Made by a program: the position numbers and the translations under genes. This document shows positions 8,762-18,744 of a stretch of DNA of 49,934 nt, piece after piece. The first letter of the stretch is position 1, and each line of letters opens with the position of its first letter. Origin of the DNA: Candidatus Woesearchaeota archaeon (GTDB lineage: Archaea; Nanobdellota; Nanobdellia; Woesearchaeales; GW2011-AR9); NCBI GenBank assembly GCA_018657475.1, contig JABHXC010000022.1, positions 1 through 49,934 of the forward strand. The letters are read 5' to 3'. A model generated the notes under the pieces. It saw nothing but the letters and a program-made list of their open reading frames with translations. It was not told the origin of the DNA and did no database searches.

Positions 8762-11700
8762 TTATAACTTTTCATTCAAATGTTTAGTTCTTCTGAATAA
8801 GATTATACTTAATAGTACTAAAGCTAGGATAAATGGAAGTATTATTAAGAATCCGCTAAATTTGCTGGTTTTTTTACCAGAACCGAAGTTCATTTCAAAT
8901 TCATCTTCAACAATAACATCTCCACCACGATAAATTTTTGTTTGAACTGTGTTAGTTCCAGAATATTTTTCTGAGTTATATTTTAATTGTTGAGCAAAAA
9001 CTAAACTTTGATCTTCTTTAATTTTGTACGGGCCATACAAATCTCCAAAAGAAGAACCGTCTTGATTAATTGTAAATTCTAAGAAATATTCATCAGACTT
9101 TTTAGGAGGCTCCGCTACTGCTGCTCCTGTAATTCCATTACCAGCATAATACTCTTCTAATTCTTCAGTTAGAGGAACAATAACAACATAAAGGTCCATT
9201 AAATTGTTTTCTGAATCTAAATCTATGGCTGTACCAGAAAATGCTTTCTGTTGGACTTCTTCTTCATACACCACTTCTCCCAAAGTTGTGAATTGAACTT
9301 TAATCTGTCTAGGGATTTTGAAATCTTCATCAATTTCAATAACTGTTTCTTTCTTTTCTCCCGGTTCAAGAACAATTCTTTCATCATTTTTGATTCTTGC
9401 GTTTAATAATCTACCAGAGATAGTGTTTTCTGAATATGCCATTCCTGACATTTGATCAAACAATGAATCTTCAAAACCTAAAGTTTTTCTAGTGATGATA
9501 AAAAATGGATCGTCATAATCTTGTAAAAGTTGTGGTAACAATAACATTGTTTTATCTCCAGTATTTTCCAAAGTAAATTTTATTTTTGTACCAAACTGGT
9601 CAAAGTCAACTTCAGATTGTGATGTAAGGAACTTTTTTGCATCACTGGGAGAGTAGAAACTTGACGGATTAGCTGTTGTTGCAGTAGATGGTGCAGATGC
9701 TGCTGGGGGTAAACTACCTCCACTTCCTGAATCTGTGGATGATGATCCACTAGAACTTGTGCTACCTAGGAAAACTACTGCAGCTGGACATTCTTGGATT
9801 AAAGGACCGTAATCTATAACTCCAGCGTTGTCATTAGTTGGATCGAAGATTTTTGAAGAAATGTTTTCTGAGTAGGGCCACTCATCTGCTGCTGAAGTAT
9901 TATCAGCATAACCATCTCCGTTTTCATCTGTTCCCATATCACAATAATCAGCATAGGCATTACCTTGTGGGTAGCCTGCTACTGAGGTGTTGAATTCATT
10001 ACCTCCTCCGGTTTGGTTGTAATAGTAATAATGATAAGTATTATTTGAAAAATTATTATAATAAAAATTGTTTGAAGTACTTGAACTGTGTAACCATATT
10101 GCACGGTTTAATCTGTTGAAACTATTGTTTGAAATAACACCATTGTCTACATTACTTAGTAAAATCCCCTCTCCAGATCCTGCGGAAGTTACTGATTTTT
10201 CAAAACTATTATTAGTTATATTAACTCCTTCAACACCAGACAAATCTACAAGTGAGACATCACTATAACTAACCATATTTGAATTTTCTAGCAAGAAATT
10301 TCCAGTTGTTCCAGTAACTTTAATTCCAAGAGAATTACTATCAGCTGATGTTTCAACATTAACATTACTAATTGTAACATTTCCTCCACTATTTATAAAA
10401 ATCCCACCACCTTTGTAATCACTTAAGTTACATCCAGTGATTGCATTGTTATAATTTCCACCAGAATAAATTCCAAAACGAGAATACCTGATGCTCTGCT
10501 GTTCTTGACTTAAAACTGTATTGACACAAGTTAAAGATGAATTTAGTTGTAAATAAATACTATGGGCAGTGAAAGACCCTGGACAAAAAGTAGTATCTTC
10601 ATAAATTTGCATATCCGTATATGGAACAAAACAATCTAAATCTAGATTCATACTAACATTGGTGTTATTAGTTTGAGTTAAATTAATTGAAGTAGAATTT
10701 ATGTCTGTTCCAGGGATGGTAGAAAAAGAAAGTGTAACATTGTGTGGAGTTAAATAATATGTTCCAGTACTATTTTTCTTTAATTCTGATAACAGTAATC
10801 TTGCTTGACCATTACTATCTGTTGATTGAGTGTAATCTAAAATTCCTGAACTGTTAAAATAACCAGATGCTTCAGCACCGGGTAGATTCTTGACGTTTCC
10901 ATCATTATCAGTATAATTGGCATTAACGGTAACATACCACTGTGAAAATACTTGTGCATCATTTTCGGTAGTAATATTGTTTAAATCTCCAGTGTAATTA
11001 ATTAAATAATTTGATGTGTTACCATTCACATAGATATCAAAAGTATTATTATTGAATATACCATCTAAAACTTTACTATTATTTGAATTGTTAAAAATAA
11101 CCCCATCTGTGTTGTTGATTATGGTAACTCCACTGAGATTAGAATTGTTAGTATTATAAAAATAAATACCTTGTGTAAAATTGCTTATTTCTAAATTGAT
11201 GACACTAACATTTACTCTTCCACTTGAATTAATTCCATTTCCAGAATTATCTCCTGTAAGGTTATAACCATTACCATTAATAGTAATTCCATCTGTACCT
11301 ATAATAAATGCGTTATTACAATTGTAGTTATTTCCAAAATTAAAATCATTTGTTAAAGTAGCCCCACAATTAATTGCAGTAAGAGTAAGATTTGCTTGTG
11401 CATAAGTGAGATTTAATAGGTTTACAGAAGTATTGTTTTGTGTATAATTTGCTTTACTAGCAGTAATTTCTGCTGGAACAATATAATAAGTTACATTATT
11501 ATATGTATAATACTCTGTAATTTTTAATCTTGATAATCCTGAAGAATTAGTTAGTATTGTGTCTTCAAGATCGCCAATTGAATTGTAAGCCTTTACAGTC
11601 GCGTTTGCTAAGGCGTTTTGAGAAGTATCAGTTACATTAACATCAACATACCATTTATAAAAAACTTGCATTAAATCATTAACTATAAATTTACTTGTAT

Positions 11701-13639
11701 TAACAGTATAATTAACAAAAGAAATACTGCCAACTGTGTTTTCAATATAAACATCAAAAGTATTATCTTGAAATGTGGGATTTTCAAATGTGTTGTCAGA
11801 GATAGTTGTTACAAGAGCATCGATTAAAATTCCTCGAGAATGGTTAATTATTTGTTCATTGGTAAAATTATTGTTTTGACTGTTTTCTCCAATATAATAA
11901 CCAATAGAATTGTTAAAAAGATAGTTACTTTCAAAATTATTGTTACTACTTTTAGTAACATTAACCCCACTTTCTCCTGAATTTGAAATATTGTTATTTC
12001 TTATTATTGCATAACTTGTGTTTAAAATAGATATGCTCACTTTTGGTAATCCTAAAACACTACTATTTTCAATAATTATATTGTCTGTTACTATTAACTT
12101 TATTCCTTGTTTATCAAATGTAACATTTGTAACATTAATATTGCTTGAGTTTATAATTGCTAAAAAACTAATATTTTCAGTATTTTCAATTATATCAGAG
12201 TAATTTTCGAAAAGATAATAAATTGATTCTTCTTGATACGTGTTAGTTGTGTCTATTGTATGGTTATAATTGGAATAATCTACATTTGGATCAAAATAAA
12301 ATGGTGCATTAGTAGTGTTGAAAGAATTGTTCCAAAAATAACTGTGCAGTGAAGTAGAGATAGTTAATCCATATGCTGAACTCCCATTTGTAGAAATGTT
12401 ATTGCCAGTAAAATTTCCTGCTGCAAGTCTGATTGCGTCAAAAGTATTTGAATATCCTCTAATTGAATTAAAATTTATGGCGTGATTCCAACTAGCAGCA
12501 CTATCTAGTGCGTAATATTCATAAGAAGTAATAGTATTGTTAATCATATTATAATAATGGGATAATAATCCTGGTAAAACACCAGCAGAAAAATCTCCAT
12601 AAGTAGTGATATTATTATTAGTTATATTGTTGTAACGAGATAAACTACCATCTATACCATGCGAGGTATTTCCATATGTGATAATCGTATTGTTATCTAT
12701 TAATGTATAGAATGTTGAAATTAAGTCTAGTGCACCATTTTCATAATTGCCATACATAGTTATCTGGTTATGGTTGATGATAGATGAGTCTGAATCATCT
12801 AGGTAAATCCCATCCATAGGTATGGCAACAGTACCGGTAAAAACAAAAGTATGATTCCCAGTAATAATATTACTTGTTAGGTTGTTGGAATAGGAATCCG
12901 ATAAATGAACTGCATTATTGTATTCGCTTGTAATGTTAATCACATTATCGATTACTAATGTATTATTAACAAAATTAAATCTAATTCCATTACTAAGATT
13001 ACTAGTACTGCCTTCATTAATAATGGTATTGTTTTGTATAGTTCCATTAACTGAGTTAGAATAAAATATTGCATGTTTAGAACTGGTTGTAATATTTTCT
13101 TCAAAAATATTGCAATTCTTAATAGTAACATTACTGAAACCAGTATTATTTATACCATATCCAAATACTCCTGCAGTAGAATAATTAATGTTATAACCTG
13201 CACAATCTAATGTCGTATCAGAAACATTAATATTAAAACATGTTCCGCTGGAATTAACATTAGTTGTTAATGTAATACTCTCATTAACATAACCACATTG
13301 TGTGGAATTTGCATCAATTTGTAGGCCTAAATTAAATTGTGGAGTTAAATCAATCTCTACATTATCTAAAAAATCTTTTGTTGTATCATTTAATATTAGA
13401 TTGTCTTTTAAAAAATCATTTGGTAAAACAATTGTTGTATTCTCAACTGTTGTGTCATTAACAATTTCTATAGATTTGTTATTTGTAATATTTTCTATGG
13501 GAACACTTATTGTGATCTCTTCACTAACAACTGCTCCTGTGATCCCTCCTTCTAAAAACAAAAATCCAGAAATAACTACTATCATAGCTAAAACTACAAA
13601 CATTACAAAGAATCCTCTTTTTTCTATGTACATAAACAT
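8762..13639 (-). CDS. giant (1625 aa) membrane-anchored surface protein with parallel beta-helix repeats
   Basis: N-terminal TM/signal helix, long arrays of N-rich beta-helix-like repeats dense in N-x-S/T sequons, two prealbumin/CarboxypepD_reg-like inserts, a Ser/Thr-rich linker, and a C-terminal TM anchor FLIILPFILALVLLSIILFRRTKH. Confidence 0.8.
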   Translation of the reverse strand: MFMYIEKRGFFVMFVVLAMIVVISGFLFLEGGITGAVVSEEITISVPIENITNNKSIEIVNDTTVENTTIVLPNDFLKDNLILNDTTKDFLDNVEIDLTPQFNLGLQIDANSTQCGYVNESITLTTNVNSSGTCFNINVSDTTLDCAGYNINYSTAGVFGYGINNTGFSNVTIKNCNIFEENITTSSKHAIFYSNSVNGTIQNNTIINEGSTSNLSNGIRFNFVNNTLVIDNVINITSEYNNAVHLSDSYSNNLTSNIITGNHTFVFTGTVAIPMDGIYLDDSDSSIINHNQITMYGNYENGALDLISTFYTLIDNNTIITYGNTSHGIDGSLSRYNNITNNNITTYGDFSAGVLPGLLSHYYNMINNTITSYEYYALDSAASWNHAINFNSIRGYSNTFDAIRLAAGNFTGNNISTNGSSAYGLTISTSLHSYFWNNSFNTTNAPFYFDPNVDYSNYNHTIDTTNTYQEESIYYLFENYSDIIENTENISFLAIINSSNINVTNVTFDKQGIKLIVTDNIIIENSSVLGLPKVSISILNTSYAIIRNNNISNSGESGVNVTKSSNNNFESNYLFNNSIGYYIGENSQNNNFTNEQIINHSRGILIDALVTTISDNTFENPTFQDNTFDVYIENTVGSISFVNYTVNTSKFIVNDLMQVFYKWYVDVNVTDTSQNALANATVKAYNSIGDLEDTILTNSSGLSRLKITEYYTYNNVTYYIVPAEITASKANYTQNNTSVNLLNLTYAQANLTLTAINCGATLTNDFNFGNNYNCNNAFIIGTDGITINGNGYNLTGDNSGNGINSSGRVNVSVINLEISNFTQGIYFYNTNNSNLSGVTIINNTDGVIFNNSNNSKVLDGIFNNNTFDIYVNGNTSNYLINYTGDLNNITTENDAQVFSQWYVTVNANYTDNDGNVKNLPGAEASGYFNSSGILDYTQSTDSNGQARLLLSELKKNSTGTYYLTPHNVTLSFSTIPGTDINSTSINLTQTNNTNVSMNLDLDCFVPYTDMQIYEDTTFCPGSFTAHSIYLQLNSSLTCVNTVLSQEQQSIRYSRFGIYSGGNYNNAITGCNLSDYKGGGIFINSGGNVTISNVNVETSADSNSLGIKVTGTTGNFLLENSNMVSYSDVSLVDLSGVEGVNITNNSFEKSVTSAGSGEGILLSNVDNGVISNNSFNRLNRAIWLHSSSTSNNFYYNNFSNNTYHYYYYNQTGGGNEFNTSVAGYPQGNAYADYCDMGTDENGDGYADNTSAADEWPYSENISSKIFDPTNDNAGVIDYGPLIQECPAAVVFLGSTSSSGSSSTDSGSGGSLPPAASAPSTATTANPSSFYSPSDAKKFLTSQSEVDFDQFGTKIKFTLENTGDKTMLLLPQLLQDYDDPFFIITRKTLGFEDSLFDQMSGMAYSENTISGRLLNARIKNDERIVLEPGEKKETVIEIDEDFKIPRQIKVQFTTLGEVVYEEEVQQKAFSGTAIDLDSENNLMDLYVVIVPLTEELEEYYAGNGITGAAVAEPPKKSDEYFLEFTINQDGSSFGDLYGPYKIKEDQSLVFAQQLKYNSEKYSGTNTVQTKIYRGGDVIVEDEFEMNFGSGKKTSKFSGFLIILPFILALVLLSIILFRRTKHLNEKL

Positions 13640-13811
13640 TTAAATGATCGATTTAGAGTATTTAAATATTTGGAGGAGGGATTTATAGAATCAACAAATA
13701 GTTGAAGATGTTATTTTTAGTATAAAACACACATAGTTTAACCTCTTTGTTGTCACTATTAAGCGATAAACCCTCCAAAAAATTTATAAACTGTTAATTA
13801 ACAATTCTCCT

Positions 13812-15185
13812 ATGAGAAGATTTATTCGGAACTTGGCAGTTGCTTTAACCTTAGCTAGTCCTTTTGCTTCTCAAGCTCAGGATTTAGAAGAAGCAGTAAT
13901 CCCTATCTCTCAAACTCAAGAAACTCAGGTTTTAACAGACGTAAATGATAATAATGAATCTCTTGAATTAAGACTCACAGTTGATTTTCCTCTTGGTGAT
14001 TTTAGTGTTAGCCAGGAGATGTTAACAGATATAGGGGATTCTTCCAACTCATTATTACAATTTGGGATGAGTTTTCTACAACCAGAAGATGATGGAGTTT
14101 TAGGTGTTCTAGAAAGAACTGGTTATTTGGGATTAGATACTTATGCTACTTTAATTTTAGCTACAATTAATCATGAATTTGGACACTTATTCCAATATAG
14201 AAATATTGGTTTTAATGATAACCATCTTGATTTAAGTGAAATCTATTTTTTAGATGGATCTATTCATAGAAATGAATTAATACAATATAGTCATTTTAAT
14301 AATAGAGGTGATAGAAATGCTATATTAGGGGAAGAGGCAATGGCAGTAAGTGGTTCTGGATTGTTAAGAAATAGTTTGTTGGCCGAAAGAATTTTAGAGG
14401 ATTCTATACAGAATGGGCTAAGTTTACAAGATTCATTAAGTTATATTATTTATCACAGTGATATTACTAGGATGGTATTATCTAACATTAATCAAGAAGT
14501 AAATGAAGGAGATTATGAGAATGATGCAGATGTTTATAGTAGGGAATTGCAAATAAATACATCTATTCATGGTCCTAGAAATCCTGATTTAAGCCAGGGA
14601 GAGATGGACGAAATAATTACTGAAGTTAGGGGGATTATACAAAATAATGAATCTCCAAGAGATTCTCAATTAGGAGTAGCTATTCTTAATGGTTTAGATC
14701 CTCATAGTATTGCGGCTGCTTATAATATTATTAATTATTTAATCACCGGGGATGATGATCCGATAGCTTTGCCTCAGTGGGTACCACAAATTAATGGATA
14801 TCTTGGTGTTCCTGGTCCAATTTTAGAATTAAAGATGAATTATCCTTTTAGAGATGGAATAATTAGTGGTGGGATTCGTGGAGGTTATTTTCCTGAAGCT
14901 TCATTTGCTGCAGAATTTGGTTTTAGAAATATTTCTGTTGGAGAAAATGGTGTAGAGATTAGTGGAAGAATTGAAGCTGGATTAAGAAAAGATGGTAGTA
15001 TTCTTTTTGATGAAACTATTGTTGGAGTTGGAGGATCGGTTGAAATTGAGATGCCAATGACACAAAATTCAGATATGATCATGAGATACACTTTTGAACC
15101 AAAAAGATTTTGGAGTCCAAACACATTTTATCGTCAGGACAATGCACATTTTTTAAGTTTGGGTGTTCATTGGGATTCGGAATAA
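13812..15185 (+). CDS. secreted putative zinc metalloprotease (HExxH)
   Basis: Signal peptide MRRFIRNLAVALTLASPFASQAQ and motif INHEFGHLF. TTTATAAA box at 13783-13790, 22 nt before the ATG. Confidence 0.55.
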   Translation: MRRFIRNLAVALTLASPFASQAQDLEEAVIPISQTQETQVLTDVNDNNESLELRLTVDFPLGDFSVSQEMLTDIGDSSNSLLQFGMSFLQPEDDGVLGVLERTGYLGLDTYATLILATINHEFGHLFQYRNIGFNDNHLDLSEIYFLDGSIHRNELIQYSHFNNRGDRNAILGEEAMAVSGSGLLRNSLLAERILEDSIQNGLSLQDSLSYIIYHSDITRMVLSNINQEVNEGDYENDADVYSRELQINTSIHGPRNPDLSQGEMDEIITEVRGIIQNNESPRDSQLGVAILNGLDPHSIAAAYNIINYLITGDDDPIALPQWVPQINGYLGVPGPILELKMNYPFRDGIISGGIRGGYFPEASFAAEFGFRNISVGENGVEISGRIEAGLRKDGSILFDETIVGVGGSVEIEMPMTQNSDMIMRYTFEPKRFWSPNTFYRQDNAHFLSLGVHWDSE

Positions 15186-15189
15186 ACTT

Positions 15190-16179
15190 TTAGGATGATA
15201 ATAAACTCATAAACTCTTCTGGATTTTGTAAATACATATTGGTAACTGCATGTAATCCCCTATCTTGGATCAATTCTCTAGCTTCTGGAACATGGCGATA
15301 AATAGGGCCAGCATTCACCATATTCTCAAAAGCAGCAAGAACATGTTCCTCTCCACCGGGAATTGATTGTTGCTTAACATATTGCTGAGCAATTTCTGCA
15401 GCAGCTGCTTCAACAAAAGTTTCATCGGCAAGATAAGCTACAGTAGAACCAACTTCTGTAACATAATCTCTAAAAACATCTCTTGTTGCAAGATGAAGTG
15501 TCTCCGAAAATGGTGCATTTAATGACCCTTCTCCTGCAACTAATGCAATAAAATAATTATTTTCATTATCTCTCACAGAACCATGACCTCGATTTTCTTT
15601 AAGTCTAGTAATAGTAATTCTCTCTTCATTTCCATCTGTTGAAATTAAGTAAGTGAACTCATGGACCATATGGACCCCATTAGTAATAAACGCTTTTCCT
15701 GCATAGTCAGAATCTCCTAAAGTAAAAGTAAGATCTTGTAACGGCAATTCTGAGATAGTTTCATGTAAAAAATTACGAGCACCACTTGCATATTCAGTAA
15801 AAGCTTGTCCAACTAAATAGTCTAAGGGTGTCCCATAAAGCTGAGCAGTAACTTGTATTAGTTGAGGATCAGTTACTAGGGTTCTTCCGGAATCTTGCAC
15901 AAATCGCATTAACCTATTTCGGCTTCCTTGTTCTTGTAAGTGAATTAAAGGATCATTGGGACTGTGAGAAATTAGTGGACCTATTTCAATACATCTTGCA
16001 CGTATATCTTCAACATTTTCATATGAGGGTTTAATGTGGTTCATAAAAGTCCAAGGTGAAGTAATTTCTGAAACAGGTATCTCTGAACTATTTGGTGTTT
16101 GTTCATCCATACCAAAAACAAGAGCTACTAATCCGCCCATTAAAAAAGTTCTTCTATCCATATTTGTATTTATATCCAC
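15190..16179 (-). CDS. hypothetical exported protein with a Tat-like signal
   Basis: N-terminus MDINTNMDRRTFLMGGLVALVFG resembles a twin-arginine motif (RRxFL). No catalytic motif recognised. Confidence 0.5.
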   Translation of the reverse strand: MDINTNMDRRTFLMGGLVALVFGMDEQTPNSSEIPVSEITSPWTFMNHIKPSYENVEDIRARCIEIGPLISHSPNDPLIHLQEQGSRNRLMRFVQDSGRTLVTDPQLIQVTAQLYGTPLDYLVGQAFTEYASGARNFLHETISELPLQDLTFTLGDSDYAGKAFITNGVHMVHEFTYLISTDGNEERITITRLKENRGHGSVRDNENNYFIALVAGEGSLNAPFSETLHLATRDVFRDYVTEVGSTVAYLADETFVEAAAAEIAQQYVKQQSIPGGEEHVLAAFENMVNAGPIYRHVPEARELIQDRGLHAVTNMYLQNPEEFMSLLSS

Positions 16180-16247
16180 TGTTTCTACTATAAGGGTTCA
16201 GATTATTTAATATTTATGTAAATTTTTTTATTATAAGAAAATAATGT

Positions 16248-16469
16248 TCATTTCTTTCTCAATTTATCTAACTCTTTAATTTCTAGTCTTTTAATCTCAA
16301 CTAATGTTTTAGATAGATTATTCATTAATTCACTTTGTTTCTTAGATTGGTTCATATGTTTAATTAAAAGAATGATGACAACTGCAGCTTCAACTAAAAC
16401 AAGAATTTGAATTATTCCTAAAGCTATGATTATTTCAATTAAAGGAATGTCAACACCAAAGATTATCAC
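16248..16469 (-). CDS. small membrane protein
   Basis: 73 aa with an N-terminal hydrophobic segment and a charged helical tail. It lies downstream of the pilin gene on the same strand. Confidence 0.45.
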   Translation of the reverse strand: MIIFGVDIPLIEIIIALGIIQILVLVEAAVVIILLIKHMNQSKKQSELMNNLSKTLVEIKRLEIKELDKLRKK

Positions 16470-16507
16470 ATTTTCACCTAAATTATTTTATCTTATAAAG
16501 TTTCCTT

Positions 16508-16966
16508 TTAACAGTTAGGAACTTTTTCAATAGTTAACGCCTTTTCAATACATACTTGTTGTTCATCGTACAAAGTTATTGCTGGAGTTAACTTAATTTG
16601 TCTAATCTCTCCTGATTCTTGAACATTGTAAGAAACTTTGCCTACATAGCTTCCTACTTTTTCCATTTTAGCATTGTTGATTTCAATAGTTTCTGCTTTT
16701 TCTGTTCCAATAATATTTGCTACTAATCTATCCACTGCAATATTTGCACCGTTCTCTATTGTAAACTTAATTTGATTTGATGAAGAATCAAAACATATTT
16801 GTTTTTGCCCACTTATTACAGAAAGTTTTAGTCCAATGTTTAATGGACATTGAGCTTGAGTTTCAACTTGTGCTTTACCAAAAGTCATAACTACAACTCC
16901 AATAGCTACTGCAAAAGAAATTAGTAACAGCGTAGCAATTACTGGTGAGATACCTCTTTTGTTCAT
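16508..16966 (-). CDS. archaeal type IV pilin-like protein (class III signal peptide)
   Basis: MNKRGISPVIATLLLISFAVAIGVVVMTF is the canonical archaeal prepilin N-terminus (KRG|ISPVIATLLLI). Confidence 0.8.
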   Translation of the reverse strand: MNKRGISPVIATLLLISFAVAIGVVVMTFGKAQVETQAQCPLNIGLKLSVISGQKQICFDSSSNQIKFTIENGANIAVDRLVANIIGTEKAETIEINNAKMEKVGSYVGKVSYNVQESGEIRQIKLTPAITLYDEQQVCIEKALTIEKVPNC

Positions 16967-17128
16967 AACAAGGAATAGAATTATTTTAGGTTTATAAATG
17001 TTGAGTGTGGTTAATTTTGTTTTTTATGTCTTTATAATTGCTTGTTGTTTATTCACTAATTAGTAAGAACACTACAAAAAGTTTATAAATGGCTTTTATT
17101 GTGGTATATTGTTTAAAACTGGTGAACT

Positions 17129-17755
17129 ATGGACATTATTGAACTTAAAAAAGAGCAATTGAAGCTGGCTAGTAAAGTCGTTCTTAGAGATAGTTTTACA
17201 CAAGTTAAAACTGTTGGAGGGGCTGATTATTTTCCAGTTGGTGATAAAATATTAGCTGCAGTAGTTGTTTGTAAATATCCTTCTTTTGAAATTGTTGAAA
17301 AGAAAACATTTCTTTTAGATAATCCATTACCTTCGCGTTCAGAATATTTAGCTTACAGAGTTATGCCTGCTATAATTGAAGCATTTAATGAGTTATCTGA
17401 AGAGCCAGATGTATTATTTGTTCATGGGAATGGAATTAACCATCCTAGAAAATTTGGTTTAGCTTCACATTTAGGTTTAGCTTTACAAATTCCTACATTG
17501 GGTGTTGTAACTAACAATAATGTTGGGAATATTGAGAATGGAAAAATTATGTTTGAAAATGAAATTGTTGGTTTTGCTATAACAACTAGAGAACATGCTA
17601 ATGAGATTTATATTTCACCTGGACATTTAATGTCTTTAGGATCTGCATTACAATTAGTAAAAGATTCAGTAAGATTTCCACATAAAATGCCTGAACCGTT
17701 ACATATTGCACATAAGTTAGCTAAGAAAAAAGCGAAGAAGATGGTGGAAGAATGA
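17129..17755 (+). CDS. nfi: endonuclease V
   Basis: VGGADYF ... FVHGNGINHPRKFGLASHLGLALQIPTLGV matches the EndoV core. SD-like GGTGA precedes the ATG, and a TTTATAAA box sits at 17082-17089. Confidence 0.85.
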   Translation: MDIIELKKEQLKLASKVVLRDSFTQVKTVGGADYFPVGDKILAAVVVCKYPSFEIVEKKTFLLDNPLPSRSEYLAYRVMPAIIEAFNELSEEPDVLFVHGNGINHPRKFGLASHLGLALQIPTLGVVTNNNVGNIENGKIMFENEIVGFAITTREHANEIYISPGHLMSLGSALQLVKDSVRFPHKMPEPLHIAHKLAKKKAKKMVEE

Positions 17756-18744
17756 CGCTTAAAACTACTGGACTAAACGAACTATTAGAGAGTTGTAATA
17801 CATATTCAGAAAATAATAGTATTATCAAAGAACGAATTACTGATTTAGAAGCAAGAGTAAATGATTTTGTTATTGAACGGAATTATGAAGAAACTAAAGT
17901 TAATGCTGCTCATGTTGTTCTTAAACTTGTAACAGAAAGTTTAAAGGAAGGATTATTTTTAGGTGTAGAGGTAATGAATCCTATATATAAAATTAATTTT
18001 GCGCGCTATATAAGGTCAAAGAAGACTCGTAGAGATGTAACTTCAAGATTGTACTCTACATTTAAAAACTTGCCAAAATTTCCTATTTCTTCAGGAGCTA
18101 GGATTTTTTTTGCTGAGGAAATAATTGATCTTTTAGATCCTGAACATTGTTATGGGGCAATTGTTGGAGAAGGGATTTTAGATTCTGAAAAGGAAAACTA
18201 TTTTGCTATGATTAAACCTCATTATGAAAAATTAATTAGTCAAATTAGTAAAAGTGTAAAATATGCTGATAAAACACTGCGAAATTTTCCTTTATTAACT
18301 GCACCATATTTTGATCAATTAATTAATGGTATTTTTGTAAATGGTCCGTTAGCTGTTCTTGATATTGTCAAAAAGAATGATAATGCGGCTGGAATGATGA
18401 CAAAGAAACATGTTGAAAGATTAATTGAAGATGCTGCTGAAGATCCTATTGATTATAGTAATATATTTAGATACTTGCCAGACAAATTATTTGATGAATA
18501 TAAAACACTAATTTGTGTGACTGCAATAAGTAATCCACTAATATATCAAACAATGCAGGAATTAGATCTATTTGTAGATGCAGCTCAACCTATTGAAAGT
18601 CGTTTAAATTTTTTAATGCAGTACAGAGAAAAGCTTAGAATGAATGCAGGAGCATTATCTATTTCTCCTGTTAATGTAGAAGGTGGAGAATTATCTTTGG
18701 GCTATGAAGAAAATGGATTAGCGCTAATTGAGGATTTAGAATGA
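17752..18744 (+). CDS. hypothetical protein, translationally coupled to nfi; C-terminal LSLxYxxxxLxLIE[DE] tail
   Basis: ATGA start/stop overlap with nfi. 330 aa, helical, no recognised domain. Confidence 0.65.
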   Translation: MTLKTTGLNELLESCNTYSENNSIIKERITDLEARVNDFVIERNYEETKVNAAHVVLKLVTESLKEGLFLGVEVMNPIYKINFARYIRSKKTRRDVTSRLYSTFKNLPKFPISSGARIFFAEEIIDLLDPEHCYGAIVGEGILDSEKENYFAMIKPHYEKLISQISKSVKYADKTLRNFPLLTAPYFDQLINGIFVNGPLAVLDIVKKNDNAAGMMTKKHVERLIEDAAEDPIDYSNIFRYLPDKLFDEYKTLICVTAISNPLIYQTMQELDLFVDAAQPIESRLNFLMQYREKLRMNAGALSISPVNVEGGELSLGYEENGLALIEDLE

